Shown: positions 49,945 to 61,784 of the stretch, piece after piece
Position numbering within the stretch: the first letter of the stretch is position 1
Layout of the letters: every line of letters starts with the position of its first letter
Origin: an uncultured Verrucomicrobiae bacterium
GTDB lineage: Bacteria; Verrucomicrobiota; Verrucomicrobiia; Limisphaerales; Palsa-1400
Length of the DNA stretch: 64,000 bases
Reading direction: 5' to 3'
Assembly (NCBI GenBank): GCA_963764165.1
Contig: CAVXRD010000002.1
Span: 1,920,001-1,984,000 of the forward strand
Notes under the pieces: model-generated
Databases searched by the model: none
What the model was told of the DNA's origin: nothing
The model's input: the letters and a program-made list of their open reading frames with translations, nothing else
Program-made: the position numbers and the translations under genes

Positions 49945-51441
49945 ATGAACAATACACTGTCAGCGAACACCGGAGTGGCCATTCTCATTATCTACGGGAT
50001 CGCCATGTTTTTCCTGTCGCTTTGGGTTGTTCGAGGGCGTAGGCAAACCAAGGCCGAATTCTTGCTTGCCAGTCGCAGTGTTGGAATTATTCCAGGAGCC
50101 ATGTCTATCGCAGCGTCATGGATATGGGCTCCTGCTTTGTTTGTATCTTCTTCAAAAACTTATCAGCAAGGATTGGCGGGCCTTTTTTGGTATCTCGCGC
50201 CCAACGTCGCAACCCTTATGATTTTTGGCCCTTTTGCAGCGAAATTAAGAACAAGGTTGCCTGACGGCTATACTCTGCCGCAGCATATGCGAAACGAATA
50301 CGGCAGCGGTGTCCATGTCCTCTATTTGATTCAATTCTTTGGTCTCCAGATTTGTTGCTTCGCGGTCGAGATTTTCGCAGGAGCTACTCTCATGCATTTA
50401 ATTACGGGCCTCAGCTTCGTCTCCGTGGCGCTGTCGTTGATCGGCATTGTGCTCGCATACGCCGTGATGGGGGGCTTGAGAGCGTCTGTGGCAACGGATT
50501 ACGTCCAAATGGCAGCGATGATTGTCATTTGCGGCCTTGTCGTCCCGTGGGCTGTAGCCAAGGCCGGGGGACTTTCGGTAATTTTAGCGGGTTTGGGTGG
50601 ATTGAATGGGGCATACGTTGATCCAAACAACCCAACCAGCCCCTCCTACTCGTATGCGAACCCGCTGAACCCTTGGGTCATTTGGTCGTTTGGAATATCC
50701 AACACTATCAGCTTATTTTCCGGTCCACTTGGTGATCAAATGCAATGGCAGAGGGCTTTCGCGTTGCGCTCTCAAGGAACAGTCAAGCGGACTTTTTTTC
50801 TTGCGGCTTTACTTTTTGGGTCGGTGCCTCTGGCTTTGAGCAACCTCGGATTCATAGCATCAAACAAGGAAATTTCATCCGGCTGGAATATTACTGATCC
50901 GCAAATGGTAGGCCCCATCACTGTCGCTCACCTTTTGCCACACATGATGATAGTGATTTATGTAATCATGATATTATCAGGCCTTTGTGCGACACTGGAT
51001 TCAGTTTTATGTGCTATAGCGTCCCTTACCACGACAGACGTTTTTGGATATCAGAGTGAAAAAGCAGAGAAAGATCAGCAAGCTGTATTTATTTCACGTT
51101 GGGCAATGATTGTCGGTGCATTCTTGGGTTTTATTGTCGCGTATGTATGGCACGCTCTGCACCTCACAATCCTTGATTTGTTTCTTTTTTATGGAACGCT
51201 GAGAGCATCAACAATGATTCCAACAGTTGTTACCCTTCTTTGGCCCGGTTTGAGACCCGGAGTGATTTTTGCGACGATTCTCGCTTCCCTCCTGTTTGGT
51301 GCGCCTCTTATGGCGGCGGCTCGCCTTTCAAATGATGAACATGTCAAAGCAATTCTTAGTGTTGCGGGAAGCTTAGCCGTGGTAACCATCGGGATTGTCG
51401 GCTGCTGGATTGCTAAACGCTTCAGACAGACACAGTTGTAA
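49945..51441 (+). CDS. Sodium:solute symporter family (DUR3/PutP-like)
   Basis: EFLLASRSVG, SIAASWIWAPAL, GGLRASVATDYVQ, DQMQWQRAFA, STLDS-like ATLDS. Confidence 0.88.
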   Translation: MNNTLSANTGVAILIIYGIAMFFLSLWVVRGRRQTKAEFLLASRSVGIIPGAMSIAASWIWAPALFVSSSKTYQQGLAGLFWYLAPNVATLMIFGPFAAKLRTRLPDGYTLPQHMRNEYGSGVHVLYLIQFFGLQICCFAVEIFAGATLMHLITGLSFVSVALSLIGIVLAYAVMGGLRASVATDYVQMAAMIVICGLVVPWAVAKAGGLSVILAGLGGLNGAYVDPNNPTSPSYSYANPLNPWVIWSFGISNTISLFSGPLGDQMQWQRAFALRSQGTVKRTFFLAALLFGSVPLALSNLGFIASNKEISSGWNITDPQMVGPITVAHLLPHMMIVIYVIMILSGLCATLDSVLCAIASLTTTDVFGYQSEKAEKDQQAVFISRWAMIVGAFLGFIVAYVWHALHLTILDLFLFYGTLRASTMIPTVVTLLWPGLRPGVIFATILASLLFGAPLMAAARLSNDEHVKAILSVAGSLAVVTIGIVGCWIAKRFRQTQL

Positions 51442-51500
51442 TCCAAACACACTGTTATACCAACAATTGTTAAGGCTAGGGGGAAATTACTAACATACTT

Positions 51501-51755
51501 ATGAAAACGTGTTCTAGTTGTGGTGGTTGTGGTCGCATGGACTGTCCTCGAAGTAGCTTTGGAACAGTCACATGCACCTGCTGCGGCGGAGACGGTAAAG
51601 TTTTTGAAGGAACACGGGAGGTATTTTCCCTACTTTGCTTTTTTGGAGTGGGAAAATACGAAGTCACTTGTGCTAATTGTAAGCATGTGCATTCATACTA
51701 TTATGGCCCCATTAAACGAGCCACGTGCGAGAATTGTGGGTGCAACTTTGTTTGA
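51501..51755 (+). CDS. Small Cys-rich zinc-finger protein
   Basis: CSSCGGCG, CTCCGGDG (DnaJ-like CxxCxGxG) plus CANC and CENC. Confidence 0.55.
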   Translation: MKTCSSCGGCGRMDCPRSSFGTVTCTCCGGDGKVFEGTREVFSLLCFFGVGKYEVTCANCKHVHSYYYGPIKRATCENCGCNFV

Positions 51756-52265
51756 TCGATGCTCAAACCAGTGCCGCAATGTAGTTATTAGTGGGATTTG
51801 CTTTTGAACTAGATCGCATGTGTGTCCACTTCTTGATGCAGGAGTCCCTCATGTCCCGAGCGCGGCGGCTTTGCTTCGCCTTCGCACCCCGTACCCCGCC
51901 GCTGCGCTACGCAAAACCGCCGCACTCAGTCCGCCCCGGATTCGAGCTTGTCCCTCAGACGGAAAAACGCTCTGTTCCGCTTACTCGCCTGCCCCCCTTT
52001 CCCACGGGCGACCGCTCCACTGCGCGCCTTTCCGTCTGAGCGACAAAGTTTCGCGGCCCCCGCGCCCCATTTGGTAGTCATTGGGTTGTTTCCAAATCCA
52101 TTTTTTTGCGCGGTTCTCCTGCCTATCGCCCTCACCAGCCTGCTTTTCGAGCCGGGGGCCGGGCGCGGTTCCTCCTGAAGGCGACCTCCGCTGGCCGCCC
52201 GTCTCGGCAGGCTTTCTCGGTTGAAGGGCGATAGGCCGAGAACGCACAGAGCAAAAAAAAAGATT

Positions 52266-52652
52266 ATGAAAACAAAACAAAATCCAAAATCAGTTTCAGA
52301 GCTCCAGAACCGGACCGCACAGGGCAGTGAAGGCAAAGCGGAATTGCCGAAGATCGATTTGAACAAGCGCAACCGCAACCGGGTTTTGCCGATGGAATCC
52401 TTGCTTGAGTTGATTCGGAAGGAAGGACCCGCGTTTTGGGATGCCGTGGAAGTCGTCGGCAAATGGGTTTGGTTGCAGTTGGACGGCAAGCAGCCGAAGG
52501 AGATTACCGCCGTAATTTCGCAACTTGGCTTTCATTGGAACAACCGCCGCCAAGTCTGGCAGCACCCATGCGGACAGGTGACTGTCAGGGCCGACTTTGA
52601 CCCCCGCCGCAAATACCGCTCCTACTTCCCATCAGACCAGAAACCGGCCTAA
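52266..52652 (+). CDS. Hypothetical mobile-element protein
   Basis: EVVGKWVW...LGFHWNNRRQVWQHPCG; TAATG coupling to the RadC-like gene. Confidence 0.65.
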   Translation: MKTKQNPKSVSELQNRTAQGSEGKAELPKIDLNKRNRNRVLPMESLLELIRKEGPAFWDAVEVVGKWVWLQLDGKQPKEITAVISQLGFHWNNRRQVWQHPCGQVTVRADFDPRRKYRSYFPSDQKPA

Positions 52653-53179
52653 TGGAGATTTTACCCATGAACGAACAAATACCATTGTTTCCGGGTTTCG
52701 ACATCGTGAAACCGTTCAAGTTTCCGGCGCAGCCTTATGAATACAAGGTGACCGCCTTGCGGGAGTGTCCGACACCGGAACACATGCAGGAATGCGACAC
52801 ACCGGGCAAGGTTGCGGATTACTGGCGCAGGCACGTTCCCGCCCATCCGTATTTTAGCCCGGAATGCGAATGTTTCGTTGTCCTGATTCTCAACACCCGC
52901 CGCAGGGTGAAAGGTCATTACTTGGTCAGTGTCGGCACGATGGACTGTATTCTTGTCCACCCTCGGGAGGTTTTCAGGCTCGCGATTATGACCGCCGCAT
53001 CGGGCATCGTGTTGACCCACAACCACCCCAGCGGGGAGGCGTCCCCATCCGAAGCTGACATTAAGGTGACGCGTGACCTGATACGCGCCGGGCAACTTCT
53101 GAAAATCGAAGTCATTGACCACGTTGTGATCGGCAACCCCGGCCATGTTTCGCTCCATGAGCTTGGATACTTGTCTTGA
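52652..53179 (+). CDS. RadC-like JAB domain protein (no HhH domain)
   Basis: E.FVVL.LN, VHPREVF, HNHPSG...PSEAD...DHVVIG. Confidence 0.9.
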   Translation: MEILPMNEQIPLFPGFDIVKPFKFPAQPYEYKVTALRECPTPEHMQECDTPGKVADYWRRHVPAHPYFSPECECFVVLILNTRRRVKGHYLVSVGTMDCILVHPREVFRLAIMTAASGIVLTHNHPSGEASPSEADIKVTRDLIRAGQLLKIEVIDHVVIGNPGHVSLHELGYLS

Positions 53180-53183
53180 ACCC

Positions 53184-53377
53184 ATGAAACGCAACAAACG
53201 CCGCTTGCCTATCCCGCAGCACGAATTTGGTTTGTGCCCGACACGTTCACCCTGATTCAGGAAACCGGACTGGACGGAGATCGTTTGGCCCACGAACGCG
53301 CCGAGGCAGACCGCGCCCGGACTTTGGCCGAGAAAGCGCAAGCGGCTTTGTTCAACCCACCACCACGCAAAAACTGA
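53184..53377 (+). pseudogene. Small protein apparently split by a 1-bp deletion
   Basis: MKRNKRRLPIPQHEFG continues in another frame as VPDTFTLIQETGLDGDRLAHERAEAD...*, ending 1 bp before the next ATG. Confidence 0.4.
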
Positions 53378-53378
53378 T

Positions 53379-53780
53379 ATGAACACCGACGAAAACGAAT
53401 CGCCCTTTGGGCCAATTATTTACAGCTACACACGCGCCCAAGCCCTTGCCGATGGCGTGCAGGTTGACGTAACCACCACAGCGCAGGAAGCCGGAATTCG
53501 TTTTCCTGTATTCCTGACCCGCACTGTCTTTGACGCATACGTGACCGTTCCGCCCGGCATAGACGGGCAGGATGAAGCCGGGAGACTTTGGGACGTGCTT
53601 ACCCTCTTACGGCACGCCATCCGCGCCGCACGGCCCGGCCAAGACCGCTTGCCGTTTGCGCTCTACGTGCGCAACGACAACCGCCGCGCAAAACTCGTGA
53701 AGTTGATCGCCGCTTGCGGCGCAAAAGACATCGACGATCCGCAGCCGGCCATTACGGTAATGATGCGGGGGGAGGATTGA
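53379..53780 (+). CDS. DUF6573-like mobile-element protein
   Basis: IYSYTRAQALADGVQVDV...GQDEAGRLWDVL...PAITVM..ED. Confidence 0.75.
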   Translation: MNTDENESPFGPIIYSYTRAQALADGVQVDVTTTAQEAGIRFPVFLTRTVFDAYVTVPPGIDGQDEAGRLWDVLTLLRHAIRAARPGQDRLPFALYVRNDNRRAKLVKLIAACGAKDIDDPQPAITVMMRGED

Positions 53781-53799
53781 TCCACCCGAAAACACACGC

Positions 53800-53832
53800 C
53801 CGGCTAGACTGAAAACAGTTCAGCCGGTTTTT
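53800..53832 (+). terminator. Putative intrinsic terminator
   Basis: ccggct...agccgg stem followed by TTTTT. Confidence 0.5.
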
Positions 53833-54174
53833 AAGTTTGGGGACTCGCGCCGTCCCCAAACCCCCACCGCCAGAGGCATGGCCTCTGGACTCCATCACTC
53901 GCTTGCGCTGGCTTTTCCGCTTTCGCGCCCTTTCCGACATCGCGGAAAGGATATTGTTTGAAATCACCGGCACCGCTGAAATTCTGGCGGGTCAAACGAG
54001 CGTGCCACTGTCAGTAAAACCTCCAGTGAAAGCACCTGAAAGTTAGCAAAAATAGTGGCGAGTTAGGGCGAATTTTCATTGATTTTCAGAGGGAAAAGCT
54101 GTATTTTCCTCGTGTCTGAATTCGATAGACAGACTGTGTCAATCTGTGGCCAGAATCAGATGCGGCCCTGGCAA

Positions 54175-56235
54175 TCAGCGGGCTCTGGCCTTGGCGCCTT
54201 GTTTCCTGCCGCGCGATTTTTTGTAATTGACGCTGCTGCCGGCGGCTGGCGCGGTGCCGCTTTCGACTCCCGCGCCAAAGCTGCGTTTCAATTCGCGGAT
54301 TTGGTCGCGCAGCAGCGCGGCTTTCTCAAATTGCAAATTATTGGACGCTTCAATCATTTCCTCCTGCAATCCGCGCAACGTCTCTGTCAAATCGAAATCG
54401 CCGCCGGCCTCGCGCAGCACCATGTCCGCCCGCTGGCGCTGATTCTGGTAGACGGCCAGGCTTTCCTCCACCGCGCGGACGACGCTCCGGGGCGTGATGT
54501 TGTGCTGCGTGTTGTAGGCGATCTGCCGCTCACGGCGATAGGCCGAAACCGCGAGAAATTGCTCAATGCTGTGCGTGCGGACATCGGCGTATAAAATCAC
54601 CTCGCCGTTGAGGTGGCGCGCGGCGCGGCCGGCGGTTTGGATCAGGCTGGTCGCGCTGCGGAGAAAACCTTCCTTGTCGGCGTCAAGTATAGCGACCAAA
54701 GAGACTTCGGGCAGGTCGAGGCCCTCGCGCAGAAGATTGATGCCGACCAGCACGTCGAATTCCCCTTTGCGCAGCGCGCGCAGGACTTCCACGCGCTCAA
54801 CGGCGTCAATTTCGCTGTGCAGATAGCGGACGAGAATGCCGAGTTCGCGCAAATAATCCGTCAATTCCTCGGCGGATTTTTTGGTCAGCGTCGTCACCAG
54901 TGTGCGTTCCTTGCTGGTGGCGCGTTTGCGGACTTCCTCCAGCAAATCATCAATCTGCCCCTTTAACGGCTTGAGCGTAATCTTGGGATCAATCAGGCCG
55001 GTGGGGCGGACGATTTGCTCAACCACCCAGCCTTGCGACCATTCCAGTTCCTGCGCCTGCGGGGTCGCGCTGATGTAAATGGTCTGCTTCTGGAACGCTT
55101 GAAATTCCTTGAAATCCAAGGGCCGGTTATCCAGCGCGCTCGGCAATCGAAAACCGTGCTCTACCAGCACCGTTTTGCGCGAGCGATCACCCGCATACAT
55201 GCCGCCGATTTGCGGAATGGTCGTATGCGATTCGTCGACGACGAGCATGTAATCGCCCGGGAAAAAATCCAGCAGCGTGCCCGGGCGCGACCCGGCGGGG
55301 CGACCCGCGAGATGGCGCGAATAATTTTCGATGCCGGAGCAAAATCCCATTTCCTCCATCATTTCCAAATCGTACTCCGTGCGCATCTTGATGCGCTGCG
55401 CCTCGATCAGTTTGCCTTCCTTTTCGAACCACGCTATCCGGTGGCCGAGTTCCTCGCGGATATTCAGGATGGCGCTCTTGATCTTGTCCTGCGGCGTGAC
55501 GAATTGCTTGGCGGGAAAAATCACGATGGATTGCGGGCTTTCCGTTTTCTCGCCCGTCAGCGGCTCGAAGCGGGAAAGGCGCTCGATTTCATCGCCGAAA
55601 AATTCGATGCGCAAGCCGTCCTCGCTCCACGAGGGGCGCAATTCCACCACATCGCCGCGGACGCGGAATTGGCCGCGCTCGAACGCGACGTCGTTGCGCG
55701 CATATTGCAAATCGACAAAGCGGCAGAGCAATTGGTCGCGCGAAATCTGCTGGCCGACGAACACCTGCTGCACCAGCGCCTCGTAATTCTCGCGGCTGCC
55801 GATGCCGTAAATGCACGACACACTGGCCACCACGATCGTGTCGCGCCGCGTGAGCAGCGAACTCATGGTCGAGAGCCGCAGCCGCTCGATTTCCTCGTTA
55901 ATGCTCGAGTCCTTTTCGATGAACGTGTCAGTGCGCGGAATGTAGGCTTCCGGCTGGTAGTAATCGAAATAGCTGACGAAATATTCGACGGCGTTCTTGG
56001 GGAAAAACGATTTGAATTCCGCGTAAAGCTGCGCCGCCAGCGTTTTGTTGTGCGAGATGACGAGAGTTGGGCGGTTGACGTTCTGGATGACGTTCGCGAC
56101 AGTGAAGGTCTTGCCCGATCCGGTGACGCCGACGAGCGTTTGATGCTTCGCGCCCGCCAGCACGCCTTCAGTGAGTTTGGCGATGGCTTTAGGCTGGTCG
56201 CCGGCGGGCTGGTAGGGAGCGGACAATTCAAACAT
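54175..56235 (-). CDS. uvrB: Excinuclease ABC subunit B
   Basis: PAGDQP, GVTGSGKT, HNKTLAAQL, YYQPEAY, DESH, GRAAR, C-terminal UVR domain. Confidence 0.98.
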   Translation of the reverse strand: MFELSAPYQPAGDQPKAIAKLTEGVLAGAKHQTLVGVTGSGKTFTVANVIQNVNRPTLVISHNKTLAAQLYAEFKSFFPKNAVEYFVSYFDYYQPEAYIPRTDTFIEKDSSINEEIERLRLSTMSSLLTRRDTIVVASVSCIYGIGSRENYEALVQQVFVGQQISRDQLLCRFVDLQYARNDVAFERGQFRVRGDVVELRPSWSEDGLRIEFFGDEIERLSRFEPLTGEKTESPQSIVIFPAKQFVTPQDKIKSAILNIREELGHRIAWFEKEGKLIEAQRIKMRTEYDLEMMEEMGFCSGIENYSRHLAGRPAGSRPGTLLDFFPGDYMLVVDESHTTIPQIGGMYAGDRSRKTVLVEHGFRLPSALDNRPLDFKEFQAFQKQTIYISATPQAQELEWSQGWVVEQIVRPTGLIDPKITLKPLKGQIDDLLEEVRKRATSKERTLVTTLTKKSAEELTDYLRELGILVRYLHSEIDAVERVEVLRALRKGEFDVLVGINLLREGLDLPEVSLVAILDADKEGFLRSATSLIQTAGRAARHLNGEVILYADVRTHSIEQFLAVSAYRRERQIAYNTQHNITPRSVVRAVEESLAVYQNQRQRADMVLREAGGDFDLTETLRGLQEEMIEASNNLQFEKAALLRDQIRELKRSFGAGVESGTAPAAGSSVNYKKSRGRKQGAKARAR

Positions 56236-56383
56236 AGCCCAGCAACGTAAGAACTGCGCGTGAATGTGTCAAACCCGAGCGCAGCAAGCATTCCTCGAAA
56301 TTTGGATCGAGCGCCTCACGGCTGTTCCGCGGCAGGTGTGATTTGATGTGGGTGGGGCGCAAGTGATTTTGAATTGAGCGGAT

Positions 56384-56555
56384 CGCGGCTGTGTCGAAGA
56401 CCGGCCGCAGCCGTTTCGATACAACTAGCGCGCTGGAGAGATTTCCAAGCTTCGCCAGTCGCGGTTCCGAAGGCTTGATATGTTTTTCGGTGATGGCCAC
56501 AACAAGATTCGTTTCCGGTTGTTCGAGTGTTGCGGCGGCTGGTCTTCGATACGGC
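56384..56555. repeat. REP-like pair (GCTGTGTCGAAGACC family), copy 2
   Basis: cgcggctgtgtcgaagaccggccgcagc with inverted gcggctggtcttcgatacggc (18/21). Confidence 0.65.
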
Positions 56556-56811
56556 AGCCTAAAGAGCTGCATCCCTCACCCATTTCTAATCATACCCTTC
56601 CGTGGCTGTTTGCCTCCTTTGGGCTTGACCCGGCCAGGGTAAATGCCCGATTCTATATGCGGAAACAGATTTGGCATCTTGTTGGCTTCCGGGTCTGCGT
56701 TCCTGGCGATTTGCTCATAGTGGTCCAAATCCTGCCGGACGCGATTTCGCGGTCAACACGCAGTTCAACAGGGCCAGTGGCGAGCTGCGCAGTCGTGGAT
56801 GCAGAGCTGTT

Positions 56812-58168
<1,357 letters not shown>

Positions 58169-58172
<4 letters not shown>

Positions 58173-58360
58173 GTTAATCCTCCTTCAATTAAACTTTGCA
58201 CGTCGCTCAACCGAAACCGGACGCTGCCGAGGACCTTGACCTGAGCCAACCGCCCGACAGCTACCAATCTCTCCACTGTCCGTTCCGAACATGCCAATAG
58301 TTGCGCGACCTCTTTTTTGCGCAGCAATTTGTCTTTCGCTATTTCAATCACTTCTCGCAT
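58169..58360 (-). CDS. Excisionase-like HTH protein
   Basis: LLRKKEVAQLLACSERTVERL...SVRF; coupled to the integrase start. Confidence 0.85.
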
Positions 58361-58361
58361 T

Positions 58362-58727
58362 TCAAATCTCCTTTAACAGCCGTTCGGCAGTGTGTTCCCG
58401 GTCTTCCGCTTCGGCCTGATCCGGTGACAGATGTTTGGTGTAAACGCGATAGACCGCGCTATGGTCTGCGTCAATGTTGCGCTCTCCGAGCCAGTCCGAA
58501 ATCTGGCGGTAGGTAAAGCCCTTTTCTCGCAGCTTGGCAATGACCTGCCAGTACTTGTCCAGATCAAGCTGATTGGATTCCTGTTCGGCTTCCTCTAGCA
58601 AGTCATCCGGGAAGGGCGGGGGTGCGAGTTTTTTGGCCGGTTCATCGGCGGTGGCTCCTGGCCGAGCGGTTGACGATGGCGGTTTCTCCGGGCCAGCGGA
58701 GTGCCGTTTTGCCGCTTTATTTTTCAT
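58362..58727 (-). CDS. Hypothetical protein with HTH-like segment
   Basis: IAKLREKGFTYRQISDWL...HSAVYR. Confidence 0.65.
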   Translation of the reverse strand: MKNKAAKRHSAGPEKPPSSTARPGATADEPAKKLAPPPFPDDLLEEAEQESNQLDLDKYWQVIAKLREKGFTYRQISDWLGERNIDADHSAVYRVYTKHLSPDQAEAEDREHTAERLLKEI

Positions 58728-58998
58728 GCGCTCACACTAAACGAACAAAACGAACGGTGCAAGCCAAAATTTTCACTTTTCACCAAATTTAGTCAAGAAG
58801 AATTATCGCGCCGCGCTCGTATCTTGAATTTGAACCGACACTGCGCCCACCGCCACCGAGCAACTGCCGACTTCGAGTGACAAAATGAAACTTAAAGGCT
58901 GCAGCACCCCTTTTTTAACGATAAAACCGAGATTTCAGGCCACTTTTTCCTTGCCAATCGGCAGATTGTGCCAAAGAGTCGCAACAGTTCTTTACATA

Positions 58999-59203
58999 GG
59001 CCAAGGTCATTTGAATCCTTGGTTATGAGTCTTTGCGTTGCGAGGACTCGAACTTCATTCCGAACACGACCAAATTCGATCTCACGAAGTTTGCCTTGAC
59101 GCGCGCCTAATCGCGCGTCCTGGTGTGCTTTCGTGAGAAGGCCGCTTGGTCGTGGCCTGGAATGAGGGTGCGCTAGGCGCGCCTATTCTTTTTCCAAGGA
59201 TTC
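58999..59203 (+). ncRNA. Candidate structured cis-regulatory leader RNA with terminator
   Basis: Six nested helices, a GC hairpin + U-tract, and mutually exclusive pairings (see findings). Confidence 0.5.
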
Positions 59204-59292
59204 TTCGAGTTTCCCGCCATCATTTTCACAGTTGACCGAATTATTGACACGATGTATAAGTGTTCCTGAGGAAGGTTTTAAGTTTTGCTGCA

Positions 59293-60135
59293 ATGAGTCC
59301 GAAAAAGGCATATTGGGCTTTTACGCTCATCGAGTTGCTGGTGGTCATTGCCATCATCGCGATACTCGCTGCGCTTCTGCTTCCCGCCTTATCCGCAGCC
59401 AAACATCACGCCCTAGACATCAAATGTGTCAGTAATCTCAAACAAATCACCGGCGGCGGGCTGATGTACATGGATGATTCGGGGCAAACTATTTTGTTTT
59501 GCGACACAAACCTCACGGGTTCTTGGGCCAGGCAATTGACCCCCTATGGTATGACAAGCAATCTGTTGCTTTGCCCAGCTACGAAGGCGCAAGGCCCTCC
59601 AATCTTGGACGGCGGATTGACTGGAACGGCGAGTCTCGCTTGGAACAATTGCCCTCCAGACTTCCCAAACTCGATTAACGGCAGCTATGGGATAAACGGC
59701 TGGCTTTTCTCCTACGACCCAAGCATCACGAGCGATATTACGACCTGGATTGGCCCACCGGTGCCTCCTGTTGCAAACAATCCAAATTACATCTTTGACA
59801 AACCAACATCGGTTCAACGGCCTTCGAGTACTCCGTTTTTCAGCGATGCTACCTGTTGGAACGAATGGCCCTTGGAAGTAGACGCGCCGGCCACCGATCT
59901 TTCAATAGGGGACGCATTTAACGTGTGGGGCATGGGCCGTTCAACCATTTGGCGGCACGGCGGCAAAACCGCCACCTCTAAAACACCCGTTCAACACATA
60001 AATCTCGCTCCCTATTATATTTTTCCAAATTCTGCCGCTATAAATATCGGATTCGTGGATGGGCACTCTCAGCAAGTGAAGGTTAAAGACCTTTGGAACC
60101 AGTATTGGCACTATAATTGGACGCCTCCGCCGTGA
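59293..60135 (+). CDS. Prepilin-type N-terminal cleavage / H-X9-DG domain protein
   Basis: [43 protein letters not shown]...NIGFVDGH. Confidence 0.88.
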   Translation: MSPKKAYWAFTLIELLVVIAIIAILAALLLPALSAAKHHALDIKCVSNLKQITGGGLMYMDDSGQTILFCDTNLTGSWARQLTPYGMTSNLLLCPATKAQGPPILDGGLTGTASLAWNNCPPDFPNSINGSYGINGWLFSYDPSITSDITTWIGPPVPPVANNPNYIFDKPTSVQRPSSTPFFSDATCWNEWPLEVDAPATDLSIGDAFNVWGMGRSTIWRHGGKTATSKTPVQHINLAPYYIFPNSAAINIGFVDGHSQQVKVKDLWNQYWHYNWTPPP

Positions 60136-60244
60136 TTTTCGATTTCTTCCAACAACACCACAACAAACCAAATTCCTCTCGACCAGAAGTGTCGAAGGGC
60201 GAGCGCACATTGCTGCTCGTAAACCCGTCAGAAAGGCCCCCAAC

Positions 60245-61784
60245 ATGAAAAGCTCTCTCAGAATATCTGCGTTATTAGCTGTTATCTTGACTGTCTTCGT
60301 CGTCACCCTGCCATCGGAATGCTGGGCGCAGGGCGAACCGGAGGCGCCCAATTTGGTGCAAGTGACAGTCATGCCCACCAATGGCTTGTTTTGGAGCATG
60401 CAGATTACGAATCTTTTTCCTTTTCCGGCAGACCCGTACCCTTCACTTTCGCTCTACACGGACGGAAACGGCAATTATTACTACGACGACACGAGTGTCG
60501 ATTATTCCATTGGCGCCGATGTGAAGGGAAATCGGAATAAAACGGGGCGCTCCGGGGGAAATGGCCCAAAAGCCCAAGATGAACCGCCATTGCCCGGGGG
60601 AACCAACTATGGGACGAACGGCGGAACGGGTTATCCCATCGCCGCACTTGTCATCCCGACAAACTACGTGCCCTGTGAAAGCTTTACGAACTTTGCATTG
60701 GATATTTTTGCCAACTCCGGTGACGTCGATATTTACATTACAAACTCTCTGGCCTCGATGTCGTATAATCTGGTGATAACGACGAACTTGGCGCAGCCAA
60801 ATTGGACGGTCATTCGGACAGTGACGGCCAGCAATTACCTTACTTTTGCCACAAATATGGCAATTGGAACAAACGCGTGCCTTTTCTTTGGGGCAACGCT
60901 GACTACCAATGATTTGCCTCCGGTAATCACCGTTCCCCCGACCAATCGCATTGTTGGGACCGGTTCCTCTGCCACCTTTACGGTTTCCGCCTTCGGCCTG
61001 GAGCCATTAAGCTATCAATGGCAGTTGAACGGCACCAACTTGCCCGGCGCGACCGCAACGAATTTGACAATCAGCAGCGCGCAAGCAACCAATGTCGGCA
61101 TCTATACCGTCGTTGTGTCAAACGTGATCTGCTGGGCCGATGCCTCGGCCAATCTTGGCTTGATTTGGTCGAACTATATCGGCGCGGGTTACGGCATCGA
61201 CGCTTCGCCTGCCATTGGCAGCAATGGCGTGGTTTATATCGCCACCACAGGCAACCAAATTTATGCGTTGGACGGAGCTACCGGCAACGGCAAATGGACA
61301 AACACAATTTCGACTGGCGGAGAGATTACTTCTTCCGCGGCTCTCAGTGCTGACAACACGAGCGTAATCGTTGGCTCGCAAAACGGTTATCTTTATGCAT
61401 TTTATGCTTCCAATGGCGCGCCCCGGTGGAGCAACAACCTCGGGGGAGCCATTTATTCATCTCCTGCAATTAGCCATTCAAACGGTGCAATCTACATTGC
61501 CACCTCGGGCACGACCAACGGTCTCTTTGCTGTCAACCCAACCACCGGGGCCATAGAATGGTTACTTTCCCACCGATGACGTTAACAGCCAAAATAGCGG
61601 CATTGATTCCTCTCCCGCCATCGGTACTGATAACACCATCTATTTTGTCAGCAGCGGAGGGGGACTCTATGCTATAAATCCAAATGGCACGTTAAAATGG
61701 TTTTTCCCGTTGCCTGCCGGGTCAAGTCCCGATAGCTCGCCGGCGATTGGATCGAATGAAATTTACGTGGGTTCGGCAATCTGA
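60245..61784 (+). pseudogene. Secreted Ig-like + PQQ-type beta-propeller protein, frameshifted and truncated
   Basis: Signal peptide; P.LSYQWQLNG..LPGAT Ig domain; SSPAI repeats continue in another frame from 61563 to TGA 61784. Confidence 0.7.

Larger units (their letters stand above)
37131..54148. mobile_element. ~17 kb tyrosine-integrase genomic island between purS and uvrB
   Basis: Integrase at the left end; 14/15 direct repeat ctgtgtc[c/a]atctgtg at 37131 and 54134; gccactgtcag at 37197 and 54004; AT-richer cargo; RadC/DUF6573 backbone genes. Confidence 0.8.

Noticed and set aside
55015..56250. 411-aa plus-strand ORF
   Set aside because: Antisense shadow of uvrB in GC-rich DNA
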